Assembly (NCBI GenBank): GCA_031263105.1
Contig: JAISGJ010000173.1
Span: 940 to 64,939, forward strand
Origin: Coriobacteriales bacterium
Lineage (GTDB): Bacteria; Actinomycetota; Coriobacteriia; Coriobacteriales; UBA8131
DNA length: 64,000 nucleotides
Direction of reading: 5' to 3'
Below are positions 46,849 to 56,808 of the stretch, one piece after another. The notes below the pieces were generated by a model. That model searched no databases. It was given only the letters and a program-made list of their open reading frames with translations, and had not been told where the DNA came from. The number at the start of each line of letters is the position of its first letter. The first letter of the stretch is position 1. The translations under genes and the position numbers were made by a program.

Positions 46849-47682
46849 CTATGCGCCAGAGGGCGAGGCTGCTTGCAGGAGGGGGCGAGGAGCCACGTCC
46901 GTGCCATCAAGCATCGAGACAAGCTCGGCCTTCAGCTGCGTGAGGACCTCTGCCAGACGGGGGTCGTCCTGCCGTGCGATAAGGGCATCCACCTTCTCCA
47001 AGGGCGCCGGTCCCTCTGCCTGCAGGGCCTCCATGAACTCCTCCGCGAGCGCAAGGCCGGTGCGGTAGCCCGCATACAGGCGCGCCTTGCGTTCGAAGGC
47101 GACGCGCATCTTGTAGGGAATCTCCTCGAACCTGAACGGCACCTGTTCGTCGGCGCCTTCCACCAGTTCGCTGTGATGGAGCTTCTGCCCCAACAGCCCC
47201 AACGCTATGGCAAAGCCGTAGATCGTCTGCGGCGGCGAGGGAGGGCACCCGGGGATGTAGACGTCGACCGGGAACAGCTTGTCGGTGCCTCCCCAGACGC
47301 AGTAGTTGTCGTGGAATATTCCTCCCGTGCAGCCGCAGGCCCCATAGGAGACCACGAGCTTCGGGTCGGGCGCGCCCTGGTAGGCCCTGACGGCCGGCAT
47401 GCGCATGGAGCGGGTCATGGCCCCCGTATAGACGAGGATGTCGGCGTGGCGGGGGCTCGGGGTGTTCTTGATGCCGAAGCGCTCGACGTCGAACACGGGG
47501 GTTATCGACGAGAATATCTCGATCTCGCATCCGTTGCATCCGCCACAGTCGACACGGTAGAGGTAGATCGAGCGTTTGATGTCGTTGAGCAGGGCGGCCT
47601 TCGCCTTGGCAATGCCTTCGTCCAAGACCATCCTGTCGGGCTGGAACTGCAGGTTCAGCGGAACCTCGCGTTCGAGTATCAT
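46849..47682 (-). CDS. hyfI: [NiFe] hydrogenase small subunit of formate hydrogenlyase (HycG/HyfI, NuoB-like)
   Basis: VDCGGCNGCEIE, SPRHADILVYTG, GACGCTGGIF and IPGCPPSP. Confidence 0.92.
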   Translation of the reverse strand: MILEREVPLNLQFQPDRMVLDEGIAKAKAALLNDIKRSIYLYRVDCGGCNGCEIEIFSSITPVFDVERFGIKNTPSPRHADILVYTGAMTRSMRMPAVRAYQGAPDPKLVVSYGACGCTGGIFHDNYCVWGGTDKLFPVDVYIPGCPPSPPQTIYGFAIALGLLGQKLHHSELVEGADEQVPFRFEEIPYKMRVAFERKARLYAGYRTGLALAEEFMEALQAEGPAPLEKVDALIARQDDPRLAEVLTQLKAELVSMLDGTDVAPRPLLQAASPSGA

Positions 47683-48218
47683 GACGCACCCCCTAGGGAG
47701 CCAAAGCCCTGCTTCGCCCTTTGCGAGTCCCGTTTCTGCTTGCAGCGCGGACAGACCTTGACAAGCCCTGCGGCCTCCCGGGCATCCGGGTCATCGATGA
47801 ACTGCGTGAGTATCCGATACGCGTAATCGACCTCCTTTGCCGGGGCAAAGGGGCTGCCGCACTCAGCGCAGGGCTGAAGCGTGTACATGCATATCTCCTC
47901 CAGGTCGTTCTTGTCCATCACCGCAAGCTCGAATTCCGCAGAAAGCCGCAGCGCCTTGGTCGGGCAGACCTCCTCGCAGCGTCCGCAGTACACGCAGCGC
48001 CCATAGTTGATCGACCAGGAGGTGGTCTGGGCCTGGGGATCGACCACCATCTGGATTGCGTTGGGCGGACAGGCGACGGCGCAGGCGCCGCAGGCCATGC
48101 AGTTGACGAGGTCGTGTTCCGGTTTGCCCCGGGCGTCCTTGGGGCGCTCGATCGGCGCGAACGGGTATTTGACCGTTGCGTTGCCCGTGCGTATGATCCC
48201 TTGCAGTGTCTTGAGCAT
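47679..48218 (-). CDS. hyfH: 2x[4Fe-4S] ferredoxin subunit HycF/HyfH (NuoI-like)
   Basis: CMACGACAVACPP and CVYCGRCEEVCP cluster motifs. Confidence 0.9.
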   Translation of the reverse strand: MLKTLQGIIRTGNATVKYPFAPIERPKDARGKPEHDLVNCMACGACAVACPPNAIQMVVDPQAQTTSWSINYGRCVYCGRCEEVCPTKALRLSAEFELAVMDKNDLEEICMYTLQPCAECGSPFAPAKEVDYAYRILTQFIDDPDAREAAGLVKVCPRCKQKRDSQRAKQGFGSLGGAS

Positions 48219-48233
48219 ATCGAGGCCTCCTCT

Positions 48234-49961
48234 CTAGTATTCCAACGGCGTATGCCGACGGTCCCTGCAGTAGTCCTCCAACTGCCGTTGCGTCAGAACC
48301 TGTTGCTTCCTCTTCTTCACGTCGACGACGGTCACGCGCTCCGTGCACGAATAGCAGGGGTCGAGGCTTCCGACTATCATCGCGGCATCGGAGATCGTGT
48401 TGCCTCTGAACATGTACCGCAGCGCCGGCCAGTTGCTGTAGGTGGAGGCCTTGGCCCGCCAACGATAGCACTTCTGGTTGTTGCCGATCATGCTCCAGTG
48501 CACGTCCTCCCCGCGGGGGGCCTCGGTCCAGCCGACGGCGAAACGATGGGGCTCGTAAGTCCAGTTCTCGTTGAGGACCGGCCCTGCAGGGGCGTTCTCC
48601 AGAAGCTCGGATATGATGTCGAGGCTGTCCATGAACTCGCCGATGCGGACGAGGGTCCTGCCCTTGACGTCGCAGCTGCCTGCGGTGACGGCCTCCCGTC
48701 TGAGGCTCTTGTAGCCGTCGAAGGGATGGCACCACCGGGCGTCACGCGCAAAGCCGCTCCCACGGACCGTGGGGCCCACGGGGCTGTAGTCGCGGGCGAC
48801 CTTCCGGTCGAGGATGCCGACGCCTGCGGTACGGTCGATGAAGTTGGGCGTCGAGAGCAGCTCGTCCACCAGGTTCGCCACCTCGGAGCGCATCTCGTCC
48901 AGATACCTGAACGTCGAGACCTTCTGCTCGGCCAGGATGTCGCGCCTGACACCGCCGATAAGGTTCAGCCCATAGGTCTTGCGGGCCCCCGTGAGCATCT
49001 CAGCCAAGTCCATCGATTTCTCGCGCACGCGGAACATATGGTGAAAACCCGTGTCGAAACCCGTGAAGTGGCACACCAGACCCAGGTTGAGCAGATGCGA
49101 GTGCAGCCGCTCGGTCTCAAGTACGATGCTGCGGATGAACTGCGCGCGCAGGGGGATCTCGATGCCCTGGGCGTGCTCGATGGACTCGGCGTAGGCCACG
49201 GAATGCGCAAAGCCGCAGATGCCGCAGATGCGCTCGGCGAGAAAGGGGACCGCATCGTAGTTCATGCGCGACTCGGCGCACTTCTCCATACCGCGATGCA
49301 CGTAGAACATGCGGTAGTCGGCATCTATGATCTGCTCGCCTTCGACGAAGAGGCGAAAATGCCCCGGCTCGTCGGAGGTGATGTGCAAGGGGCCCATGGG
49401 GATGACGGTCGTCTCCCTGTCGCCCGTGTCCTTCAGGAACTCGTAGTTCTCGACGTCGGTCGTCGGCTGGGGCCGGTACCGGTAGTCCATCGTGTCCTTG
49501 CGCAGCGGATACAGGCCCTGTGGCCAGTCGTCGGGCAGGACCAGGTTGCGGTTGTCGACGATGCCGAGGGCGGTAAGGCCGAACAGGTCTTGGACCTCGC
49601 GCTCGCCCCAGACGACCGCAGGCACCCTATGCGATGCCGAGTAGAACTCGCCGGTGTCCTTCGGGACCTCCACGCGAACCATGCAATAACCGGGATCGGC
49701 CTCTTCCATGGAAAGCACGTAATAGACCGCGAACGCGTCGTTGATAGGACGCTCGTCGTTGCCGACGACGACCGACAGCCAGCCGCCCCGCCCGTAGTAG
49801 AGATGCTCGATGACATCGGGGGCCCTCTCGGGCACGACGTCGAGCACGACCTGGTCGTCGCAGAGCCACTTGACCTCACGGACCGCGCCCGGGAAACGGC
49901 TCTTCGCCTCCCGCACGTGCGACTCGCAGATGCGCAGTCCCTCGTCACTGATCATATTCAC
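48234..49961 (-). CDS. hyfG: [NiFe] hydrogenase large subunit HycE/HyfG (fused NuoC-NuoD-like)
   Basis: The N-terminal metal motif RICGICGFAHS and the C-terminal DPCYSCTERV. 575 aa. Confidence 0.93.
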   Translation of the reverse strand: MNMISDEGLRICESHVREAKSRFPGAVREVKWLCDDQVVLDVVPERAPDVIEHLYYGRGGWLSVVVGNDERPINDAFAVYYVLSMEEADPGYCMVRVEVPKDTGEFYSASHRVPAVVWGEREVQDLFGLTALGIVDNRNLVLPDDWPQGLYPLRKDTMDYRYRPQPTTDVENYEFLKDTGDRETTVIPMGPLHITSDEPGHFRLFVEGEQIIDADYRMFYVHRGMEKCAESRMNYDAVPFLAERICGICGFAHSVAYAESIEHAQGIEIPLRAQFIRSIVLETERLHSHLLNLGLVCHFTGFDTGFHHMFRVREKSMDLAEMLTGARKTYGLNLIGGVRRDILAEQKVSTFRYLDEMRSEVANLVDELLSTPNFIDRTAGVGILDRKVARDYSPVGPTVRGSGFARDARWCHPFDGYKSLRREAVTAGSCDVKGRTLVRIGEFMDSLDIISELLENAPAGPVLNENWTYEPHRFAVGWTEAPRGEDVHWSMIGNNQKCYRWRAKASTYSNWPALRYMFRGNTISDAAMIVGSLDPCYSCTERVTVVDVKKRKQQVLTQRQLEDYCRDRRHTPLEY

Positions 49962-49997
49962 AGCACTTCTCCTATCTGATGCGGCTTGCTCGGCGGC

Positions 49998-51542
49998 TTA
50001 TTCGATAGCGGCAAAGATGTCCTTGAACAGGGGCGCCTCGTGCAATATGCCGGCATCCTGTTGCAAGACGACCTGGGTCGCAGACTCCAGCCCGTACAGG
50101 ATCGGCTGCGGCATCGCGACGCCGAACCAGAGTATGGCAAGCGTCAGGGCAAACTGCGGGAGCAGGGCCATCACCCCCACATCGCCCTTCGGGACGTTCT
50201 CGGGCGCCTTGCCGAGGACAGAGCCCGTCACAACATGCACGCAGGCGGCAATGACGACGGTCAATGCGATACCGAAGACGACGATGATGACAAGATGGCC
50301 CGCCTGGATGCCGCTTATGAAGCCCAGGACCTCGGAGAGGAACATGGCGAAGGGCGGAAAGCCGGCAAGCGCGAAGAAGCCGATCGCCATGAGCACCGCC
50401 GTGACGGGGGCGACCTGGAGTATCCCCTTGACCTTCTTCAGGTCGCGGGTCCCGTATTTGATGAGGACGTTGCCGGAGATGCTGAACAGGAGCGCCTTGG
50501 TGACCCCATGGGTGATGCAGTGGAGCAGGGCCGCCGCAACGCCCAGCGGCCCGCCGAAGCCGAGGCAGAGCGCGACGATGCCGATGTTCTCGCAGGAATG
50601 GTAGGCCAGCTTGCGCTTCAGGTCGTCCTGCGAGAACACCGCGAAAGCGGCAACCACGACAGAGAGCAGGCCGACGACGAGCATGATGGTCTGGGGGAAC
50701 TGCGGGCCGATCGCCTGGACGGCAAGGATGTAGAAGCGGATGATGATGAGCATCGCGCACTTGAGCAGGACCCCCGAGAGCAGCGCAGAGACCGGACTGG
50801 GAGCCTCCGAGTGCGCATCGGGAAGCCAGGTGTGCATCGGGAACAGGCCGGCCTTGGTCCCGAAGCCGATGGCCGCGAACAGGAAGGCGATCTGGATGAT
50901 CATGATGTCGAACTGCGACGCATAGGGCAGAAGCGAGGTCCAGAATATCGCCTGCTGGGGATCGGCCATGACGTCGGCTGCGTTCGCATACACCAGGACG
51001 GTGCCATAGAGCCCGAAGGCGACCCCTGCGGTGCAGACGACGATGTACTTCCAAGCGGCCTCCAACGAGAGCTTCGTGTTGTAGGCACCGACCAGAAACG
51101 CGGTCGCCAGGGTCGTCGCCTCGATTGCAGCCCACATCATGATGATGTTGTTCGACAGCACCACCAGCAGCATGGTGAAGACGAACAGGTTGAAGAACAC
51201 ATAGTACTGCTTGACCTGGCGGGGCCCCATGGCCCCCCTCTTGACGTCATGGCGGATATAGGACAGGGAGTAGAAACCCGTCAGGAAGCCGATGCCGCCT
51301 ATCAGGACGACGAACAGCGAGCCGAGCGCGTCGAGGTAGAACCACAGCCCCAAGGCGTGGATCGGCTCCCCGCTCGACATGACGTCGACGACGAGATAGA
51401 TGCCGAGGGCACAGGTCGAAGCCACAGAGACGAGATGGACGCCTTCGTAGACGACGGTCGGCACCGCCTTCGACGGCAGGAGCGCCATGAGGACGGCGGC
51501 GCAGAGCGGCAACACAAAGAGCGTTACGAGCAAGGAATCCAT
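49998..51542 (-). CDS. hyfF: hydrogenase-4 antiporter-like membrane subunit HyfF (NuoN/M-like)
   Basis: 514-aa polytopic protein with the proton-pump signature (WLPDAHSEAPSPVSALLSG). Confidence 0.88.
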   Translation of the reverse strand: MDSLLVTLFVLPLCAAVLMALLPSKAVPTVVYEGVHLVSVASTCALGIYLVVDVMSSGEPIHALGLWFYLDALGSLFVVLIGGIGFLTGFYSLSYIRHDVKRGAMGPRQVKQYYVFFNLFVFTMLLVVLSNNIIMMWAAIEATTLATAFLVGAYNTKLSLEAAWKYIVVCTAGVAFGLYGTVLVYANAADVMADPQQAIFWTSLLPYASQFDIMIIQIAFLFAAIGFGTKAGLFPMHTWLPDAHSEAPSPVSALLSGVLLKCAMLIIIRFYILAVQAIGPQFPQTIMLVVGLLSVVVAAFAVFSQDDLKRKLAYHSCENIGIVALCLGFGGPLGVAAALLHCITHGVTKALLFSISGNVLIKYGTRDLKKVKGILQVAPVTAVLMAIGFFALAGFPPFAMFLSEVLGFISGIQAGHLVIIVVFGIALTVVIAACVHVVTGSVLGKAPENVPKGDVGVMALLPQFALTLAILWFGVAMPQPILYGLESATQVVLQQDAGILHEAPLFKDIFAAIE

Positions 51543-51551
51543 GAGCGTCCC

Positions 51552-52208
51552 CTAGCCTTTCAGTTCCCTGAGATCGTCGGCATCGAGCGACCCTACGACC
51601 TTGTGGATGCGGACGGCGACTATCGCCATGATGACGACGGCGAAGATGGCATCGGTGGCGATGCCGATCTCGACCAGGCCGGGCGCCTCGGGCGCCAGCA
51701 GCGCAAGCGTCACATGCGAGCCGTTTTCCATAAGGCAATACCCGAAGACCTGCTTGAGGATATTGCGTTGCGTGATGATGCAGGTCAGACCGACGAAGAA
51801 GTGCGCAAGCGACACCGCAAGCGCAGGCTTCACCTCCACGGCGGTCGGCAGCCCGATGCCGTTGACGGCAATGAAGCACAGGAACAGCTCGACTGCCACG
51901 AGGATGATAGCGACGACCGGGCTGATTGCCGAAGGCACCGCCTGCTTTGCGTCGGCCCCTATCTTCCTCAAGGCGAAGAGCATGATGCCCGGCACGAGCA
52001 CCGCCTTGGTGATGAAGGCGGTCACGGCCCAGGTGAAGAGCTCACGAGACCCGGTCGTCACCCCCAATGCCACCAACAGCGCGACCAGGATCATCGACTG
52101 GAGGGAATAGAGCAGAGTGGCCCGTTGGGGCGTCTTGGAAAGCACCACAAGAAGCGACGTGACTATCAGGAGCCCTCCGAGGATGTTCACCGCTAGATAA
52201 CTCGTCAT
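51552..52208 (-). CDS. hyfE: hydrogenase-4 membrane subunit HyfE
   Basis: 218-aa, ~7-TM protein. Its position and size match HyfE (NuoK-related). Confidence 0.85.
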   Translation of the reverse strand: MTSYLAVNILGGLLIVTSLLVVLSKTPQRATLLYSLQSMILVALLVALGVTTGSRELFTWAVTAFITKAVLVPGIMLFALRKIGADAKQAVPSAISPVVAIILVAVELFLCFIAVNGIGLPTAVEVKPALAVSLAHFFVGLTCIITQRNILKQVFGYCLMENGSHVTLALLAPEAPGLVEIGIATDAIFAVVIMAIVAVRIHKVVGSLDADDLRELKG

Positions 52209-52229
52209 GATCCCTCTTTCTCCCCTCTC

Positions 52230-53159
52230 CTATATTCCAAGGACCCAGAACACGAAGCCGAAGACGGCGATGCCGAAGACGGCCCAGGTCTGTCGTCCCA
52301 GGAACTTGAAACGGACACGGGACACGGCGTTCTCGAAAACGGAGCAGACGAAGAAGACAAGGGCCAGCTTGAGCAGATAGACGACGAGGCCGACGACGAG
52401 GGCCACTGCCGTGAGCTCGACGGCGCTTCCGAAGGGGAGGAATATCGCCATGAACCAACTGACCACGAGGATCTGCTTCATGGACATGGCCATCTTGACC
52501 ATCGCAAGGGAAGGGCCGGAGTACTCGGCAAGCGGCCCTTCCTGGATCTCCTGCTCGGCCTCCGCCAGGTCGTAGGGCAGCTTTCCCAGCTCGACATAGC
52601 AGGCCAGCGCGAACGCAGCACCGACGATGACCATGGTGATCGGGTGTGCGACGGAGAGTGACCCTATCGCCTCGCCCATGACGCCCACATTGGTGCTCCC
52701 GGTGGAAAGGGCCGCAATGAACAGGGCGAGCATCATCGAGGGCTCGACAAGGACGCCGATCATCAGCTCGCGGATGCCGCCGACGCCCGCATAGGAAGAG
52801 CCCGAGTCGATCGCCGACAACGAAAAGAAGAAGCGCGGCAACGCCAACAGGTAGATGATCAGGATCACGTCGGCAAGGAACGGCAAGGGGCTGAGCCGCG
52901 TGAGCATGGGCATGCCGAGCGCCAGGACCAGCATGGTGCCCAGGAACAGGGGCGGCATCAGACGATGGACGAAGCTCGACTCCTTCGTATGGAGGTCCTG
53001 GCGCTTGAAGAGCTTGGCGATGTCATAGTAGTCCTGCAGGATCGGCGGGCCCTTGCGCGTATGCATCTTCGCGCGCAGCCAGCGGCCGACGCCCGATACC
53101 AGCGGTGCCAGCACGACGAGCAGAAGGACCTGGGCGCAGGCAATCAGTATCTCGATCAT
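52230..53159 (-). CDS. hyfC: formate hydrogenlyase membrane subunit HyfC/HycD (NuoH-like)
   Basis: RWLRAKMHTRKGPPILQDYYDIAKLFKRQ matches the NuoH/HycD N-terminal signature. Confidence 0.9.
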   Translation of the reverse strand: MIEILIACAQVLLLVVLAPLVSGVGRWLRAKMHTRKGPPILQDYYDIAKLFKRQDLHTKESSFVHRLMPPLFLGTMLVLALGMPMLTRLSPLPFLADVILIIYLLALPRFFFSLSAIDSGSSYAGVGGIRELMIGVLVEPSMMLALFIAALSTGSTNVGVMGEAIGSLSVAHPITMVIVGAAFALACYVELGKLPYDLAEAEQEIQEGPLAEYSGPSLAMVKMAMSMKQILVVSWFMAIFLPFGSAVELTAVALVVGLVVYLLKLALVFFVCSVFENAVSRVRFKFLGRQTWAVFGIAVFGFVFWVLGI

Positions 53160-53171
53160 AGGGCACTCCTC

Positions 53172-55220
53172 CTAGTACGCCAGTACCGACATCGACAGGA
53201 AGACCAGGAGCGCAACGACGATATAGACAAGGTAGACCCGGTAGTTGCCTCCCTCGATCCTCTTGGCCAGGTGCCCCAGCCAGTCGACGAATGCGCCCGT
53301 CGAATCGGCAAGGTATCGATCGCCCTGGGCTTCGGCGGCCTGGGCATCGGCGCCCTGGGCCCCCTTGATCGCCCCCTCGAGCAAGTCGACCAGACGGCCG
53401 GCCTTGCGGGACACCGCCGCGCGAAGCCGATAGAGCGGCCTCATGAACATCTGGACGTCCGCCCCGAAACTCGTGGCGATCATGGGCATTCCCGGCTCAT
53501 GCCGATAGCCGCAGGCCCAAGGCTCCTTCGTGGCATCCACGCCGCCTCGGGCGAACACCATGCGAACCAGCAACGGAATCAGGATGAGGCCGACGAGCAG
53601 GACCGCCAACAAGGGAGTGGAGATGATGTTTCCCATCTCGGGATTGGCGATCAGGGTGCCCTGTGCGACCGCGACGGGGCCTGCGGCCAGCGTCGCAGAG
53701 GCCGCCGCCTGCATGACCGGAGCGACCAGAGGGGCGCCCACCCCCAAGAACACGCAGACGGCGGCCAGCACCACCATGCTCAGCCTCATCGGCACCGGGA
53801 CCTCCCGTGCCTTGCCCGCTGCCTCCGAACGGCTCGCGCCGAGGAAGGTCACCCCATAGGCCTTGACGAAGCAGGTCACGGCAAGGGCGCCCGTGATGGC
53901 AAGGGACACCGCACCGAACCCCGCAAAGAGCTGGATGACGGCGTCGCCTCTGAAGGCCACGTCGAACAGGGCCTGATAGGTGAACCACTCGGACACGAAG
54001 CCGTTGAGCGGCGGTATGGCGGAGATCGCGAGCGAGCCGAGCAGGAAGCACATCGCCGTCACGGGCATCGCGCGGACGAGGCCCCCCATCTTCTCCATGT
54101 CCCTCGTGTGCGTGCTGAACAGCACCGAGCCCGCCCCCAGGAAGAGGAGGGCCTTGAACACCGCGTGGTTGAGCAGGTGGTACAGCCCCGCCATGAGCCC
54201 GAGCGCGGCGAGGAGCGGCTGCTCCAAGGCGATGCCGATGAACCCGATGCCGACACCGAGCAGGATGATGCCGATGTTCTCCACCGAGTGGTACGCAAGC
54301 AGCCGCTTGATGTCGTGCTCGGCCAGCGCGTAGGCGACGCCGAGCACGGACGAGACGGCACCGATGCTCAAAACGAGGATCCCCCACCACAGCTCGCAGC
54401 CGGAGGCGGCAAGGATGTCGAGGCCGACCTTCACGATACCGAAGACACCGATCTTGATCATGCCTCCGGACATGAGCGCCGAGACGTGCGAGGGAGCGGC
54501 AGGGTGCGCCTGGGGCAACCAGGAATGGAAGGGGACCATGCCTGCCTTGCAGCCAAAGCCCAGAAAGGTGAGCACGAACACCAACGAGGCGACGGCCGGG
54601 GCGAACTGCGTGCCACGGAACACCGCGAACTCGAAGCTGCCCGTCACGCCTGCCATGACGAAGAAGGCGACCATGATCATCAGGAAGCCGACGTGGGCCA
54701 TGATCAGGTAGAGGAAGCCTCCGTTGGTCGATTTCTCGTCCTGCTCGATGATCACGAGGAAGTAGGAGGAAAGCGACATCAGCTCGAAGAAGACGAGGAA
54801 CCAGAACGCGTTGTCGACCGTGACCACGAAGTTCATGGAAACGACGAACAGGTTCATGAAGAAGCCGATGGCCCCGATCCCCTTGCCCCTGTACTCGGCC
54901 AGATAGGAGGCGCCGTATATCCACGCCAGGACCGCGAGGAGGTTGATGACCACGAGCAAGAGGCCGGCAAGCGGGCTGAACAACAGCGAGAACGACGCGA
55001 AGGCGAAGGGGGTCGGGATGCTGACGGCAGCCGCCGACCCCAACAGGCTGCCTGCGCCGACGCCCAACATGGCAAGCGACGCCAGGACGCCGAAGATGCT
55101 CGCAAGGCCTTTCGACAGGCCCTCCGAGCGTCCCGTCAGCAAGGCGACGAGGGCGCCGACGACGGAGAGGGCCGCCGAGAACGAGAAGACCGAGGGGGCA
55201 TCGAGGCTCAGAATATCCAT
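53172..55220 (-). CDS. hyfB: formate hydrogenlyase antiporter-like membrane subunit HyfB/HycC (NuoL-like)
   Basis: 682-aa polytopic protein with WLPQAHPAAPSHVSALMSG. The ATG overlaps the hyfA stop. Confidence 0.9.
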   Translation of the reverse strand: MDILSLDAPSVFSFSAALSVVGALVALLTGRSEGLSKGLASIFGVLASLAMLGVGAGSLLGSAAAVSIPTPFAFASFSLLFSPLAGLLLVVINLLAVLAWIYGASYLAEYRGKGIGAIGFFMNLFVVSMNFVVTVDNAFWFLVFFELMSLSSYFLVIIEQDEKSTNGGFLYLIMAHVGFLMIMVAFFVMAGVTGSFEFAVFRGTQFAPAVASLVFVLTFLGFGCKAGMVPFHSWLPQAHPAAPSHVSALMSGGMIKIGVFGIVKVGLDILAASGCELWWGILVLSIGAVSSVLGVAYALAEHDIKRLLAYHSVENIGIILLGVGIGFIGIALEQPLLAALGLMAGLYHLLNHAVFKALLFLGAGSVLFSTHTRDMEKMGGLVRAMPVTAMCFLLGSLAISAIPPLNGFVSEWFTYQALFDVAFRGDAVIQLFAGFGAVSLAITGALAVTCFVKAYGVTFLGASRSEAAGKAREVPVPMRLSMVVLAAVCVFLGVGAPLVAPVMQAAASATLAAGPVAVAQGTLIANPEMGNIISTPLLAVLLVGLILIPLLVRMVFARGGVDATKEPWACGYRHEPGMPMIATSFGADVQMFMRPLYRLRAAVSRKAGRLVDLLEGAIKGAQGADAQAAEAQGDRYLADSTGAFVDWLGHLAKRIEGGNYRVYLVYIVVALLVFLSMSVLAY

Positions 55221-55807
55221 TATCTGCTCCTGAGAACGTAAGGGTCAGCGACGAAATCGCCGAGAACAGCAGCTCGTCTGTGCTTCTCGGCGCTGATCCT
55301 CTCCCTGCTCTCCTCGTCGATGAGCCGTATGGACCGCGTCGGACAGACGCTGACACAGGACGGGCCCTCTTCCTTGAACGAGCAGAGGTCGCATTTGACG
55401 GCACAGGCATAGACGCCGATCTCCCACTGGAGGATCGGGCTCGTCGAGGCGACAAAGGTGGGGGTGGGATACTCGATCCCCGCCACGCCGGAGATCGGGG
55501 TGCCGCCCATGTGGACCGCCCCGAAGGGACAGGCGATCGCGCAGAGCTTGCAGCCCACACAGGTCTTCTCGTCGACGGCCACGCAGCCGTCCTCGCACTG
55601 CCGGATGGCATTGACAGGGCAGACCTTAACACAGGGAGCGCCCATGCAGTGGTGGCAGGAGACGGTGGCGGATATGTCGCGGGTCTTGACCAGGCTCAGG
55701 CGCGGATTGCCCTGACGTCCCACCTGCTCATGTGCCGTGCTGCACGCCAAAAGGCAGGTTCCGCACCCGATACAGGTATTGGGGTTAACAACTATGAATT
55801 GGCTCAT
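55220..55807 (-). CDS. hyfA: 4x[4Fe-4S] ferredoxin HyfA/HycB
   Basis: CIGCGTCLLAC, CHHCMGAPCVKVCP, CVGCKLCAIACPFGA and CDLC...CVSVCP. Confidence 0.88.
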   Translation of the reverse strand: MSQFIVVNPNTCIGCGTCLLACSTAHEQVGRQGNPRLSLVKTRDISATVSCHHCMGAPCVKVCPVNAIRQCEDGCVAVDEKTCVGCKLCAIACPFGAVHMGGTPISGVAGIEYPTPTFVASTSPILQWEIGVYACAVKCDLCSFKEEGPSCVSVCPTRSIRLIDEESRERISAEKHRRAAVLGDFVADPYVLRSR

Positions 55808-55893
55808 TCCTCACCTCGTTCGCTTTGATGCGTCAACCTTCGGCTGCGCCCGTGTCGGGGGCGCAGCCCTCCATCGTGCGTCTGGCCTCTGCG

Positions 55894-56424
55894 TCACACG
55901 GCACTGAGCACCATGTCCGCCGCCTGGGCCGCCGCATGCTGCTTCTTGCGTGAAAGCCTCTCCATCTGCTCTCCGTCCACATATGCGAGCGCATCGGTCA
56001 GACAGGCCCGTATGCATGCGGGGCCGTCCTCACGGGTCTCGCACAGGTCGCATTTGATGACGACGGGCTTGCGGGCGGCGCGGTACTCGAACGCACCGCC
56101 GGACACCGTCGTGTTCGAAGGAACGACATCGACCGCCCCGAAGGGACAGGCAAGGATGCAGCTGCTGCAGCCGATGCAGCGGTCCTGGCGTATCTTCACC
56201 ATCTCGTCACTGATATACAGGGCGTTCTGTGGACAGGCTGCGGCACAAGGCGCATCCTGGCAGTGGTGGCAGCCGACCGGTGCCGATATCCTGTAGGTCT
56301 TGACAAGCGTCAGGCGAGGAACAGGGACCCCGTCGATCGGGTCGTGCTCCATCATGCATGCGGCCATGCAGGTCCCACAGCCTATGCAGCGCCTTGAATC
56401 AGCCACGACGAATCTGTTGCTCAT
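55894..56424 (-). CDS. second HycB-like 4x[4Fe-4S] ferredoxin (tandem paralogue)
   Basis: CIGCGTCMAAC, CHHCQDAPCAAACP, CIGCSSCILACPFGA and CDLC...CIRAC. ATG 56424 (MSNRFVV) is preceded by GGTGGAGAG. Confidence 0.8.
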   Translation of the reverse strand: MSNRFVVADSRRCIGCGTCMAACMMEHDPIDGVPVPRLTLVKTYRISAPVGCHHCQDAPCAAACPQNALYISDEMVKIRQDRCIGCSSCILACPFGAVDVVPSNTTVSGGAFEYRAARKPVVIKCDLCETREDGPACIRACLTDALAYVDGEQMERLSRKKQHAAAQAADMVLSAV

Positions 56425-56580
56425 CTTCTCTCCACCTCTTCTTCCTGCCTTCTCTGACATTCTTCTGCTCACGTCCTGCAGCCATAGGGCCTGCAGTGTC
56501 GAGCCGAGCGGCCATTTCTCCGTTCTCTCCACTGTTTCTTGGAAATTACCGCTGGGTGCAATGGTCGCGCGACTTCGGAT

Positions 56581-56604
56581 GCCCCTGTCACCTGATGGGG
56601 GGGC
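56581..56604. promoter_or_regulatory. 24-nt motif GCCCCTGTCACCTGATGGGGGGGC shared with the fdhF upstream region
   Basis: 21/24 identical to 60321-60344. Lies about 160 bp upstream of the first hyf-operon gene. Self-complementary ends. Confidence 0.45.
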
Positions 56605-56808
56605 AAATCAAAAAGAACAGAAAGATACCCTGTTTTTGGGCCGAGGCCGGGAAACGCCGCAGGGACACCCTCTTTGAGGGTACATCCGAGCCGCTGTCGA
56701 ATCGAAATGACCCCGCTTCAGGACTAACCATGTGAGGGATAATGATGTAACCGGCACCTGCCGCAATCGGCACTGCCCACTCTCATGGAAAGCGAGCCAC
56801 ACAGAGAA

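Noticed and set aside
47721-55241. Three 736-758-aa + strand ORFs (47721-49979, 49986-52196, 52965-55241)
   Set aside because: They are antisense to hyfG, hyfF/E and hyfB, which have clear hydrogenase and antiporter motifs. The translations are Arg/Asp/Gly/His-rich and non-membrane.
56660-56784. Possible Moco riboswitch upstream of the cysteine desulfurase (a CCGAGCC segment)
   Set aside because: Only one short conserved-looking string was seen. I cannot reconstruct the multi-stem Moco fold by eye. It would need cmsearch with Rfam RF01055 to revisit.
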